Assembly (NCBI GenBank): GCA_950097015.1
Contig: CATNEN010000039.1
Span: forward strand, 7,502,001-7,566,000
From: Macrostomum hystrix
Taxonomy: Eukaryota > Animalia > Platyhelminthes
DNA: 64,000 bases
Direction: 5' to 3'
Shown here: piece after piece, positions 37,348 to 49,612 of the stretch
Numbering within the stretch: the first letter of the stretch is position 1
Layout of the letters: every line of letters begins with the position of its first letter
Notes under the pieces: model-generated
The model's input: only the letters and a program-made list of their open reading frames with translations
The model's database searches: none
What the model was told of the DNA's origin: nothing
Position numbers and translations under genes: made by a program

Positions 37348-40300
37348 ATGCTAAAATCAGCAAGCCAAGGCAAAGTGGTCTTCTTAGTGTTGTTGATGGT
37401 GTCCGTGTTTATCACTGGTTCCTACTACTTTGCATTTCAAGGACAACACTCGTGGAATCATGCATTGCCAAGTTTGCCTAGCCGAGAGAGCACCAAGTTT
37501 CAACATCTTGCAACCGCAGCTCTACCTGATGGTAATTGATCCATTGTTTCCTTTTCGATTCACTATGCCATTAAATAAGTAAAATTTGTCAATGTACGGT
37601 GACTAGGCTAGTAATGAAGTCGGTGACTTATTACGGGATGAGTGAGCCGTGATGCATATGCATATCAAATACTGATAAAGACTTATTAAAGACTGACTGA
37701 CCCCTGCCCTTCCGTTCTCTCTCCCAGACCCGCCATAAATCTCTTGGCGTTCAGTGATTTCTCAAGCTTTCAATAAAGAGAGGGGGCGCACGCGCAGTGT
37801 ATTTAATCATTCGTCCAACTTTCTTAATTATCAATGCCCGCTATATCAAAGTCTAAATTTCTATCGTCTGCTAAAGTACGGCCCATTTCAATAAGCCATA
37901 TATTTTAACAACGCAAAGGAAAGGGACCCTCTCTGCACTGCATGTGGAGAGAACTTAGATAAGACAATCTGAGCTGGGCCATGTACATTAAACAAAAGGG
38001 AGGGGCTGGATAGCCCTTCAAGCCACAGACACTCAGGCTAAGAGAACCCCCCTCGATTTTTATCGATCGGGCGGCACAGCCTTGAGGCTTTATGTACATT
38101 CAAGCCTCAATAGACAGAAATCTCGTCCCCACAAACAAACACTGACAAATGCATGGAGGGCTGTAGCCTGTGTATTTTAAGGCAAGATTTAACTAATGAA
38201 ATTTCGGTTTCAATTTTCATGTGATGCAAAAAAAAGTTGATAGCAAAAAGCAGGATGATCTTTCATTAATTACTGCTTACTTCCTATTCATATTTCATCA
38301 GATAATTAAACTTTCCAAGACTAAAGCACCATATTCATTTCAATGCTGGGCACACAATTTATATGCGATTACTTAACCATTTTAGCACAATTTTCACTCA
38401 AGGTTGCATTATTTGTGGGATGAAAAAAATCACGTTTTATAAATGAAAATCAATACTGTACATCTCAAATGTGATGCACAGCTTTAAGTGACATGTCATT
38501 GTCTTGGAAACATCTAGACGCATATATTGAAACCATTTTCAATGACATTGGGGCAAATAACAACATTTTATTAGAGTAAACTCGAAAATGCTGCTTCTCT
38601 TAAAAGTACTGCATCGTGTACTGACGCTCAATCAATGTTCACAGGCAGGCATGGATGCTGTCCTTTTGAAGAGGGCTCTAAATGCTATCCAACGACGCCA
38701 AACTTGATTCGAGAAATTGCACTACTAAAATCTTATGAGTAATCTTATGAGAAATTGGCATAGGCCCCGGGTGTAAAAATTGCTGCAATGTGCCTTCCAT
38801 TTCGAAAAATCAAATTTTCCAACACTAATGCAGCTGCTCATCGGATGCGGCATAGTATTGGGTACATTTAGTCTCTGTACATGAAAAAAATTCGCAAGAC
38901 CGTTTTTACAAAATTTACCTTTAAAGGTTCGAAAAATTGCATGATTTATTCAATTTCTACAAAAACAACACGTTTTGCAGTTTTGTACCTCGAAAAATGC
39001 AAAAATTTGCAAAATTATAAAAAAATCACGTTTTTTTACTTGAAATGTCAATACCATTAATCATATGCCTCGCACTGCTTCCGTTGACAGAGCAAATATT
39101 TATAGGACATCTGTTAGCGTCTATTGACACCATTTTCGGTTCAATGCGACAAAGTGCACTATCGTAGGGGCGAAAATGGCAAACTTTTTCTCATACATAC
39201 ACCTGTACAGGTACATATTTTAGTACAGATCGCCAGCTACTGAATATGCGTACACGAGTCTAGCATCAAATGAAAGAGGGTCTTAAATGCAATTCAGCAA
39301 CGCTAAACGCAACACCAACGGATGCAGTAATCAAAAGTTATGACTGATCCTGTTTTGCATGTTTTAGCCCCCCGGAGGGTCAAAATTTTGGATTTTCGCA
39401 TCCACCATCGGGGCAAGTGGATGATTAGAAAATTCGAGATATACATTTTGTGCGCACATCTGTTGCGCTTCTAAAAACTGAAGCCGCATTCGAATCACAC
39501 ACCAAATACGTTCTGGCCATGCAGTTTTGTACCTCGAAAAATGACTAAAAATGACCAAAATCACGTTTTTAGGATTTAATTACCCACATCTTCGGTAAAC
39601 AACATTCAATCAGTCTGAAACCAACATTTTCGTATAGGCGACACCCAAGAAAGTTGGTTGACATGTGTTGAAATGCGATTCAAGTCACACGTCTGTGTCA
39701 TAGAGGCGTCCAAAGTGCACCCTGTACTTAAAGTACTTTAAAAGTGCACATTTATTTCAATCACAAAAGTACACGGTCAAAAAATTTCTCCACCATCAAG
39801 TAGGCCTATGTGTTAGGGTTACGATCCCGCAAGTCAAAGTCCGCGCTAGCGCGCGGCCTTTGACTTGCATGGTGAGAAAGTTTAAAAACATGCACATTTT
39901 TTCAACCTGAAAAACCAGTTTTTCAAACCAAAAGATGGGTCAGCAAGAAAAAATTCATATCAAATCATTGTAGGCTTCTATAGCCCGCATCGACTGGATA
40001 GAACCACTTGGCGATACCATAAAATGCCGGCTTAAGCGGCCAAAGACCATTTTTCGTCACGTCCAAAAAAATCATGTTTTTGGTTGCCATGGCAACGATT
40101 TTCACATCAGTGCATAGACCCGAGTCTTTTACATGCTTTGCAAAAAACCGCATCCAAATCGGTTCAACTGGGAAAAAGCGGCAATCGTTAAAAGTAAAAA
40201 ACGTGCTTTTCTATCCCGACACGTTGGCTACGTCTTATCAAGATGAGATATCGCATCCGTAATGACCAAGAGAAAGCCTCGCTTACGCTCGGCTTCCTCT

Positions 40301-41403
40301 TGGTCATTACTGGCTCACTCATCCCAACTAGCGAGCTCTGAAATAGAGTTTCCAACGCTTTCTCTTTTCCAGACGAAAACAACAACACAATAGCCCTGAC
40401 TCGAAATTCCTATGCAAAGCTAGACGAAACCTTTCTTCTTGAAAACTTCGACGAGCTAAAAACGATTGTCAAGCCATTGTCGATGAAATATGCGCCCAGA
40501 GTTGATCAGCTGATGGCGCACAAACTGCCCGTGGTCGACACCAAGAACTGGAAGCTGCACAGAACCAATGGAAAGGTGCTGACGGTACCGATGGTGCAGC
40601 AGCTGCTCAGAGACCCCGATTATCGAGTCCCAAACGCTGTCCACTACATCTTGCCATTCAGCGACCCAGTGCTACAGTTTCATCACCTGGTTTGCATCCT
40701 GAGCGGTGTGTGGGTTCTGAGGCCGGATCACGTGATCCTGTGGTACAGCAGGGAGCCGAAGGGCGAGAACTGGGAGCTGCTGAAGCAGAACCTCACCCGA
40801 TCCGGAGTGTGGCACAGCAAAGTGCTGATGGCTCACAGAGACGTGCCAAAGTCGGTGTACAACCAGCCAGTCCTGATCCGCGAGCACCAGTCGGACATCA
40901 TTCGAATGGAGGCTCTGCTGGTGTTTGGCGGCATCTACGCTGACCTCGATGTGATCTCGCTCAAGTCCATGCAGCCGCTGAGAAACTTCTCTTTCACAAT
41001 TGGCCGCGAGCTGCCTCAGAACCTGTGCAACGGTGTGTTTCTGTCGGCTCCGAACTCCACGCTGCTCGCCCTGTGGCACGTGGCCTACCAGTCATTCGAC
41101 GACTCGGGTTGGGGCGAGCACTCGCTGATGCTGCCCAACAGGCTGTGCTGGAGATTCAGGCAGCACTGCCACGTCGAGGAAGAGAGTCTGGACAGACCGA
41201 ACTTCTTATGGTATGAAATCGTGTGGATCTACGGCCAGAAGCGAGTTTGGGACTGGCGGAAGAAGAACTACGCGATGCATCTTTGGTACAGGATGCACAA
41301 AAATAATTACAACATGGAGACTATAAAGTATGTGGACTCCATGCTCGGTGACATGTTTCGCTATGTATTGTTTGGAAATAGCACGCTGCTAAAGCAAATT
41401 TAA
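37348..41403 (+). CDS. GT32-family DXD glycosyltransferase (A4GALT / alpha-1,4-GlcNAc-transferase-like), paralogue 1
   Basis: Exon 1 37348-37531 (type II signal anchor), phase-1 GT-AG intron, exon 2 40373-41403 in frame. Motifs VPNAVHYI, HQSDIIRMEALLVFGGIYADLDV, LCNGVF, MHLW. Confidence 0.88.
37601..38054. repeat. Uninterrupted copy of the 450-bp repeat (empty-site paralogue) in glycosyltransferase intron 1
   Basis: Reads ...CTGGGCCATGTACATTAAACAAAAGGGAGGGG across the point where copy 1 carries 4.1 kb of YR elements. Confidence 0.9.
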
Positions 41404-41684
41404 TTTCGACAGTGCCAGCTATGACGACATCCACACATGGATCATCGTCATGGATCATCGTCATCCACACATGGATCATCCATGGATCATCGTCATGGAT
41501 CATCGTCATCGGAAAAGGGGTCTTAAAGCATCCTCATAATTACAACTAATTACAACTAATTACAACTACTTTACTGCTTTTTCAAGTTTGAAATATTACA
41601 ATTTTATATGTTCTGATTCTAGATCTCTGGAATCTCAAAACACCGGCAATTTTTACAGTGAATCCTTATTTAAAACAGATACCG

Positions 41685-43541
41685 CGATGAGACGTGGTAG
41701 AGATAAGACAGGGAAGAGATTAGACACGGGAGAGATTAGACATGGGAGAGATTAGACACGGGAGACATAAGGCAGGGAAGAGATTAGACACGGGAGAGAT
41801 AAGACAGGGAAGAGATTAGACACGGGAGAGATTAGATACGGGAGAGATAGATTCGAGAGCGATGAGACACGGGAGAGATAAGACAGGGAAGAGATTAGAC
41901 ACGGGAGAGATTAGACACGGGAGAGATTAGACACGGGAGAGATTAGAGCGGGAGAAATTAGATACGGGAGAGATTAGACACGGCAGAGATTAGACACGGG
42001 AGAGATTAGACACGGGAGAGATTAGATACGGGAGAGATTAGATTCGAGAGCGATGAGACACGGGAGAGATAAGACAGGGAAGAGATTAGACACGGGAGAG
42101 ATTAGACACGGGAGAGATTAGACACGGGAGAGATTAGACACGGGAGAGTTAAGACAGGGAAGAGATTAGACACGGGAGAGATTAGACACGGGAGAGATTA
42201 GACACGGGAGAGTTAAGACAGGGAAGAGATTAGACACGGGAGAGATTAGACACGGGAGAGATTAGACACGGGGGAGATTGGACACGGGAGAGATTAGATA
42301 CGGGAGAGATTAGATTCGAGAGCGATGAGACGCGGGAGAGATTAGACAGGGAAGAGATTAGTCACGGGAGAGATTAGACACGGGAGAGATTAGACACGGG
42401 AGAGATAAGACAGGGAAGAGATTAGACACGGGAGAGATTAGACACGGGAGAGATAAGACAGGGAAGAGATTAGACACGGGAGAGCTTAGACACGGGAGAG
42501 ATTAGACACGGGAGAGATTAGACACGGGAGAGATTAGATACGGGAGAGATTAGATTCGAGAGCGATGAGACGCGGGAGAGATAAGACAGGGAAGAGATTA
42601 GATACGGGAGAGATTAGACACGGGAGAGATAAGACAGGGAAGAGATGAGACACGGGAGAGATAAGATAGGGAAGAGATTTGACACGGGAGAGATTAGACG
42701 CGGGAGAGATTAGACACGGGGGAGATTAGACACGGGAGAGATTAGATACGGGAGAGATTAGATTCGAGAGCGATGAGACACGGGAGAGATTAGACAGGGA
42801 AGAGATTAGACACGGGAGAGATTAGACACGGGAGAGATAAGACACGGGAGAGATTAGACAGGGAAGAGATTAGACACGGGAGAGATAAGACAGGGAAGAG
42901 ATTAGACACGGGAGAGATTAGATACGGGAGAGATTAGACACGGGAGAGCTTAGACACTGGAGAGATTAGATACGGGAGAGATTAGATTCGAGAGCGATGA
43001 GACGCGGGAGAGATTAGACAGGGAAGAGATTAGACACGGGAGAGATTAGACACGGGAGAGATAAGACAGGGAAGAGATTAGACACGGGAGAGATTAGACA
43101 CGGGAGAGATAAGACAGGGGAGAGATTAGACACTGGAGAGATTAGACACTGGAGAGATTAGACACTGGAGAGATTAGACACGGGAGAGATTAGACACAGG
43201 AGAGATTAGACACGGGAGAGATTAGACACTGGAGAGATTAGACACGGGAGAGATTAGACACGGGAGAGATTAGATCCGGGAGAGATTAGATTCGAGAGCG
43301 ATGAGACGCGGGAGAGATAAGACAGGGAAGAGATTAGACACGGGAGAGATTAGACACGGGAGAGATTAGACACGGGAGAGATTAGACACGAGAGATTAGA
43401 CACGGGAGAGATTAGACACGGGAGAGATTAGATACGAGAGAGATGAAACAGGACACTGTAGATGTCAGAAGGGGCAACGGGCCGGATTTGGGAGCTTCGA
43501 GGGCCGCATCTGGCCCGCGGGCCGGAGTTTGCCGACCCCTA
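41685..43541. repeat. 17-bp satellite array (GAGATTAGACACGGGAG-type, about 100 copies) attached to one end of a hAT MITE
   Basis: 43441-43540 is identical to about 59164-59263, including TIR GTTTGCCGACCCCT. The same 17-mer family occurs in about 11 copies inside 58879-59264. Confidence 0.9.
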
Positions 43542-45130
43542 GTTTTGTTCAACTGCTTGAGCGTTCCTTAGTCACTTTGTTATTAGCCGTATCTTAGAAA
43601 TACTTGCAGCCGCTTCGGGCCAAATGCACTGCGTATCGATGAGTTGAACCTGTGTATTCAACTCAAACTCAAAACTGTGTATTAAAAAGTCAATTTTCTC
43701 TTCAATTGTCGCTGAAGTCCATACTGTTTAAGCAGGGAGAAATTTTTACAAGAAATATCGGCTTCTGTGCCAAACTTTGGCACAGAACCTTAGGTGCCAA
43801 ACCTAACTGGTACAAGAAAGTAAAGAACTGACAGGAAAACTATAGCGTTGTTCATAAAAAGTCAATTTGAAATGAGAGAAAGCGCACAGCTGCCCTGACT
43901 AGATTTATATACTCAAAAGCTACAGTACCACAATATAATTGACAATACAAATAGTGGGATTATCTTCGTAAGAATGAAATAATTAAGAACAATTATTTTT
44001 CTGTTTTCGCCATGAAATACTTTTCGTTTAAAAAAAAGAAAAATAAGTTGTGATAAAAAAAGAAATGAGCACCTCTTTTGAGTTGGCAGTTTATAATTTA
44101 TACTAATAATAGTGGCTCAATTTATTTTACAAGTATCACTTCCCGTATAGGCAAAGGTGTATTAAATATTGCCTGCAATTTAGTCTTTATTGCCAGAATT
44201 GCAGCTATCAAAAGTACGCATGGAGGCAGCACAGAAGTTCTTGTTCTCAACCATACTATTGGATGGTGTCTCATTGTGTGAATCGATGCGATCAGAAGTA
44301 CTCGGGTCAATTTCATTCATGAGCTTAAACTGCACAATATCAAAATCTGACTGTATGCGGAATTGCCTCCTGGCTGGCTTCGGGTCGACTGTCTGCGAGA
44401 TGCTCCACTGCCCTCTGCCCGTTCTCATAGGCTGCACTGAAGAATTGCTTTCCGCTTGGGTGTTTATTAACTGTTGTCAATGTGTCAGTCCAATAAGGCG
44501 TACCAATGACTCAGGAGGTCGCGGTAAGTTCAGTCTCTCTCCGACCTACGACTTCATACTGTTTCCATGTTCTTTCTCGCTCGTAAATTTAATTAAGTAT
44601 TCTTTGTTTGCTTAATGGGCACTGGCGGGTTGCTTTTCCAAGTCGACAAACTCGCCAATTTTATTTGTGCTATTTTAGCAAGTTTTAGTTGTAAAATATC
44701 TTGTAATTTTAAGCAAATGGTGCTTCCTATCAGAAGCAGTTTAACTATTTTGAAAATATTTAGCGTATTCAAATAGGTTATACTTGAGAATATTACGCGT
44801 AGTACATCGACGAGTATTATAAAATATTCGTCAGTTAAAACTATTTATGCACGAATTTGAAATAGGGCTACTACATGCACATTAATAACAACATTTATTA
44901 TCCGGTCTCCCTCATCAAGGCCAGCTGGTCCGTTTCAGGCCAGCAGGATAAATGTATGGACCTTTTGGCGCGACAGGCGTACAAAATACGCGTTGTGTGA
45001 GCCAGAATTGTCCAAAATTTGAATCACTGACATCTCGCGTGACATTTGATAACATTAATAATTACATTGACTATACCCTAAGCCCTATTGGTTCAGTATA
45101 ATAGCATATTTACAGAATAATATATTTCTA

Positions 45131-45428
45131 GAGGCTGTAGCCTAGTGGATAGGGCGTCGGACTCACGACTTGAAGGTCGGGGGTTCGATTCCCGATTCTA
45201 CTAAAACAATTTGTGTCCTTTAGCAAGACACTTAACTCTGCATTGATTCAGTTCACCCAGCTGTTAAATGGGTTCCAGCATTAGCTGGGATAATTGAAGG
45301 TGGGTGTGGCGTCCCCCCCAGTCCGTGGACTGAACAGCTGAACGCAGCGCAATAGCTGCGGCTGTGCTGTCGGCTGAACATCTAGTCCTATTGGGGCAGG
45401 TGTAATTAATTATTAATTATTATTATTA
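45131..45428 (+). mobile_element. tRNA-derived SINE family 2 (CORE-like central domain)
   Basis: A box TAGCCTAGTGG, B box GGTTCGATTCC, TGTGTCCTTTAGCAAGACACTTAAC...CACCCAGCTGTTAAATGGGT body, (ATT)n tail. TTACAGAATAA is repeated at 45110 and 45426. Related fragment at about 19055-19115. Confidence 0.8.
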
Positions 45429-46912
45429 CAGAATAAATAGACTCAAATTTTTCAGAGATGAGTTCCTTACTCATGCTCATTCCTTACTCATTCCTTACTT
45501 TGTTACTCATGCTACTTCTAGTAAAATGAAGAGTTTTTTAACAAGGAGAATACTTTGGACATCTTTAGCGGGAGCATCTTCAGCTAGTTCAGATTTTGTA
45601 CTTAAGCTCGCTTTAATTCCATTGATATTTTTACGGAATCTTGGTGCTTTTTCTGCCTGGTGCAATTAAAACTTCGGCCTCTTCCCTGTCGCCTCATCAG
45701 CCTCGCCTCTCCCATAGGTTTTTCACTAGAGGATTTCGGAGTCTTAGTTCTCTGACCTGGGTGTCTGGGCAAGGCTCTGCCGCCTTGCCCTTCCCTTGCC
45801 AACACGCGTTATTGAGCCGGAAGATCACAGCAGCACAGTCTCAAAAGGGCTCACATCCAGGCGCACCCCTTTAACTATGGGAAGATAAGCGCGGAATTCC
45901 CACCTGATGAACGCGGGCACGAAACTGGGTCGTCTGGTTGCGTCTGATTGAGACAGTAGTCGATCAGTAACGTCGTTCTGCAAGTCGACGTCGCTGGAGA
46001 GTACAGCTGAGTCACTCACTCACAGACGCAGCGAAGCATCCCTATACAGCGAAGCAGAAGGCAGCACCACATGGCAGCTCCCGGCCAGGTGACCGCGAAG
46101 CTTTTGCAGCGCTGCAGGACTCAGGCCTGTGGCTTTTGACTCTGCGTTTGGCGCTGGTGACAATGGCTATTCTCTCGGTGATGGCTCCCCAGCTCCCATT
46201 CATGGCCAGTGAAAGGGTTGGAACCGCAGCATACATTCAGAGGCAAGCTCTCACGCTGATTACTTCTGCACTGCATGGCTCATTGGCCATTGTCAATTCG
46301 TTTCGCGTCTCAAGCAATATGTACTCTTAACATGTCCCCTTGAATCACACAAATGTGCCCAACAAACTTGGTGCGCCAGCTCAAAGCGCCCCCTCCCCCT
46401 AATTGGAAAATCCTGGCTACGCCACTGGCTACCTCATGTTATCACTTTCACTTCTAGGTATTTACATTGATTTGTTTTATTTCAGCCGCTGCATTGCTAC
46501 AAATGAAACGATGGGTAGACACCGATACACTTCGATAGACTATAGCGCCTAGCTTTTACTTACTCTCTGTTATGTTCTCCGGTTATTGGAATATACTTTT
46601 GCGCTGCTCCAAGATTTGTAATCCTGATATATTTCTCCTTTTATTTTCTTTAGCCCTCACAGTGGGCTTCAAAACCAAGCCTGTCACTCGGCTTCATTCG
46701 GCCAATAGATAAAACAAAATCTTTAAACTGCAGATGCTGTTAAAATATTATCACTAATGTAATATAATATATAATAATATTATATAGTCAAGTCAAATCA
46801 CGCTCAAAATAGCAAGGTTTGTCTAAATAAATTTGTCAAATGTTACAATCATCCCCATAAAGCCGCGTTGCCCAATCTCATTTTTTCAAAAAGCGATTTA
46901 GTCGTATGTACG

Positions 46913-48030
46913 CATGGATGAATGAATAGAATGGATTGCTATTCTGGCTCTGGCTATTTTCGTTTTTGACTCTTTTGCATCCGGTTCCCCCGTGCCTTTT
47001 TATTGGTTGATGATTGCCATAGACAATATTCGGCCTTCGCCCCTTTCTTTCACACAAGCGCAAAGAACTGAGAATGGTAGATTTACGCACTAGGAAGCCT
47101 AGCATAAGTGCATTGATTTATGACCAAGTGTGTGTGCGCAAGACCAGCTCCTTCGGCCCATAGACAATACCCGTCTGGGATTTACTGCATAGTAGCTCAG
47201 AAGAGGGATGGCACGGAGATCAAGTGGGTCAAGATAGTCATGTCATTTACCGCACAGTTGCGGAATTTACTGCACACTTCAATCTATTTCTTTGATGGCC
47301 TTTGGGCCATAAACTATACACGAGCTTGAGACGTTTACGCACACTTGGTTATATGTCAATGTCGGTTACTTGCAGAGATTATCGAGCGCTCGTTATTCTC
47401 TGGTTACTTGTTTGTCAATTGAAGTTGTTAATTGAAGCAGAGGAATGATAACAAATCCCCTGCAAATTACAACAGTAATGATTTCAGATTTTTTATGTCG
47501 AGGGTGATGATGAGGGTGCGATGACAATGCTACAATAATGGATTACTGGCGATGCTTTATCTGAATTTTACTATTGGAGTTATGAAATTGGTTTTAAAGT
47601 TCTATTTCAACACAAGTAACTTCTATTTCGCCCAGAACTCTCCCGGCCTAAGTAGTAAGTTCAGTTTCATCATCGAGGGAGTTATTTGTGTGTGCCCTTT
47701 TAGTAAGTTCTATTTCTTCAGCGACACATCAAAACTTGTGGTACACGATTCAATTAACGTACATGACAACACAGACTGTTAGAATGGTGAAATTGAGTGA
47801 AATTGGAACAGGAAAACAACACACATAACGAGCGCTCGATAATCTCTGCAAGTAACCGACATTCTCAGTTCTTTGCGCTTGTGCATCGAAAGAAAGGGAC
47901 GAAGGCCGAAAATTGTCTATGGCAATCATTAACCAATAAAAAGGCACGGGGGGAACCGGATGCAAAAGATCAGTCAAAAACGAAAATAGCCAGAGCCAGA
48001 ATAGCAATCCATTCTATTCATTCATCCATG
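46913..48030. mobile_element. MITE with about 200-bp TIRs and 8-bp TSD (P-element-like or hAT-like)
   Basis: Termini CATGGATGAATGAATAGAATGG. TSD TATGTACG at 46905-46912 and 48031-48038. Left TIR is interrupted by 47073-47361. Confidence 0.85.
47073..47361 (+). mobile_element. Non-autonomous deletion derivative of YR element A (289 bp, inverted relative to A)
   Basis: Reverse complement equals 32930-33057 joined to 34666-34858 (less 39 bp) with very few mismatches. AATG at both ends; the intact right TIR shows a single CATT at 47860-47863. Confidence 0.92.
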
Positions 48031-48254
48031 TATGTACGTAGAAAAGACTTGAGTGTGGCAGTGGTTATCTGACTGCAAGAGCTAGCTAATACTAGTACTT
48101 AGTTTGCGCGGGTTATCCAGCTGATAAGAATGCGATTCAGCTTTATAATTCTCAGCAGGTGCTGCACGAAGGCGTCTCTGAGCAGGCCATTCCAACAGCT
48201 ATTTTTGTGAGCTCAGAATGGATCAATTTTAATCTGTAAACTGAAGCGGAAGTC

Positions 48255-49612
48255 ATGCTCAGGGATAAAAAGACACTTGCGATTGTAACCTTAATTTCAG
48301 TGATATTTACGCTCTATTTTATAAATAGATGCGATGTTGAAATAAGAAAGAAAAATGTCAACCGACAATCTTTGAGACCAATTACAGGTGAGTATGATTA
48401 CATACAATCCGTACTGCGTAGTTCGACCATTCTGAAACGAATCCTTATACGAGTAGTCCGTATGCATACAAAAAAGTCTGTGAAACCGCAGTTTTTTGAG
48501 TATTGCGTTTTTGAGACTAAAGTGCATTCCTTGAAATTTCATCAATTTTTGTTGCAGCCTCGGCGGTTTCTACCGCTGCGAAACAACAGCACTCAGAAGA
48601 CGTCGATAGGAGCTTTATGTATGAAGAGCTTGATATCAAATTTCTTATCCGTCACTTCAACGAGCTTAAAAAGATTGTGAAACCACTGGCGAGAAAACTT
48701 GCGCCCAAAATTGATCAGCTGATGGCGCACAAACTGCCCGTGGTCGACACCAAGAACTGGAAGCTGCACAGAACCAATGGAAAGGTGCTGACGGTACCGA
48801 TGGTGCAGCAGCTGCTCAGAGACCCCGATTATCGAGTCCCAAACGCTGTCCACTACATCTTGCCATTCAGCGACCCAGTGCTACAGTTTCATCACCTGGT
48901 TTGCATCCTGAGCGGTGTGTGGGTTCTGAGGCCGGATCACGTGATCCTGTGGTACAGCAGGGAGCCGAAGGGCGAGAACTGGGAGCTGCTGAAGCAGAAC
49001 CTCACCCGATCCGGAGTGTGGCACAGCAAAGTGCTGATGGCTCACAGAGACGTGCCAAAGTCGGTGTACAACCAGCCAGTCCTGATCCGCGAGCACCAGT
49101 CGGACATCATTCGAATGGAGGCTCTGCTGGTGTTTGGCGGCATCTACGCTGACCTCGATGTGATCTCGCTCAAGTCCATGCAGCCGCTGAGAAACTTCTC
49201 TTTCACAATTGGCCGCGAGCTGCCTCAGAACCTGTGCAACGGTGTGTTTCTGTCGGCTCCGAACTCCACGCTGCTCGCCCTGTGGCACGTGGCCTACCAG
49301 TCATTCGACGACTCGGGCTGGGGCGAGCACTCGCTGATGCTGCCCAACAGGCTGTGCTGGAGATTCAGGCAGCACTGCCACGTCGAGGAAGAGAGTCTGG
49401 ACAGACCGAACTTCTTATGGTATGAAATCGTGTGGATCTACGGCAAGAAGCGAGTTTGGGACTGGCGGAAGAAGAACTACGCGATGCATCTTTGGTACAG
49501 GATGCACAAAAATAATTACAACATGGAGACTATAAAGTATGTGGACTCCATGCTCGGTGACATGTTTCGCTATGTATTGTTTGGAAATAGCACGCTGCTA
49601 AAGCAAATTTAA
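48255..49612 (+). CDS. GT32-family DXD glycosyltransferase, paralogue 2
   Basis: Exon 1 48255-48387 (signal anchor), phase-1 GT-AG intron, exon 2 48558-49612 in frame; same catalytic motifs as paralogue 1. Confidence 0.9.

Noticed and set aside
32542-38054. The 450-bp direct repeats as LTRs or split direct repeats of a DIRS/Ngaro retroelement
   Set aside because: No gag, RT or RNase H. The first copy is split by the YR elements, so it is the target, and the second lies in a host intron
45131-45205. Functional tRNA gene
   Set aside because: Acceptor stem does not close and the sequence continues into a SINE body, tail and flanking duplication
45602-46430. Short ORFs and a lone TIR-like GGCTACGCCACTG
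   Set aside because: Probably decayed transposon debris; no partner TIR or identifiable protein motif
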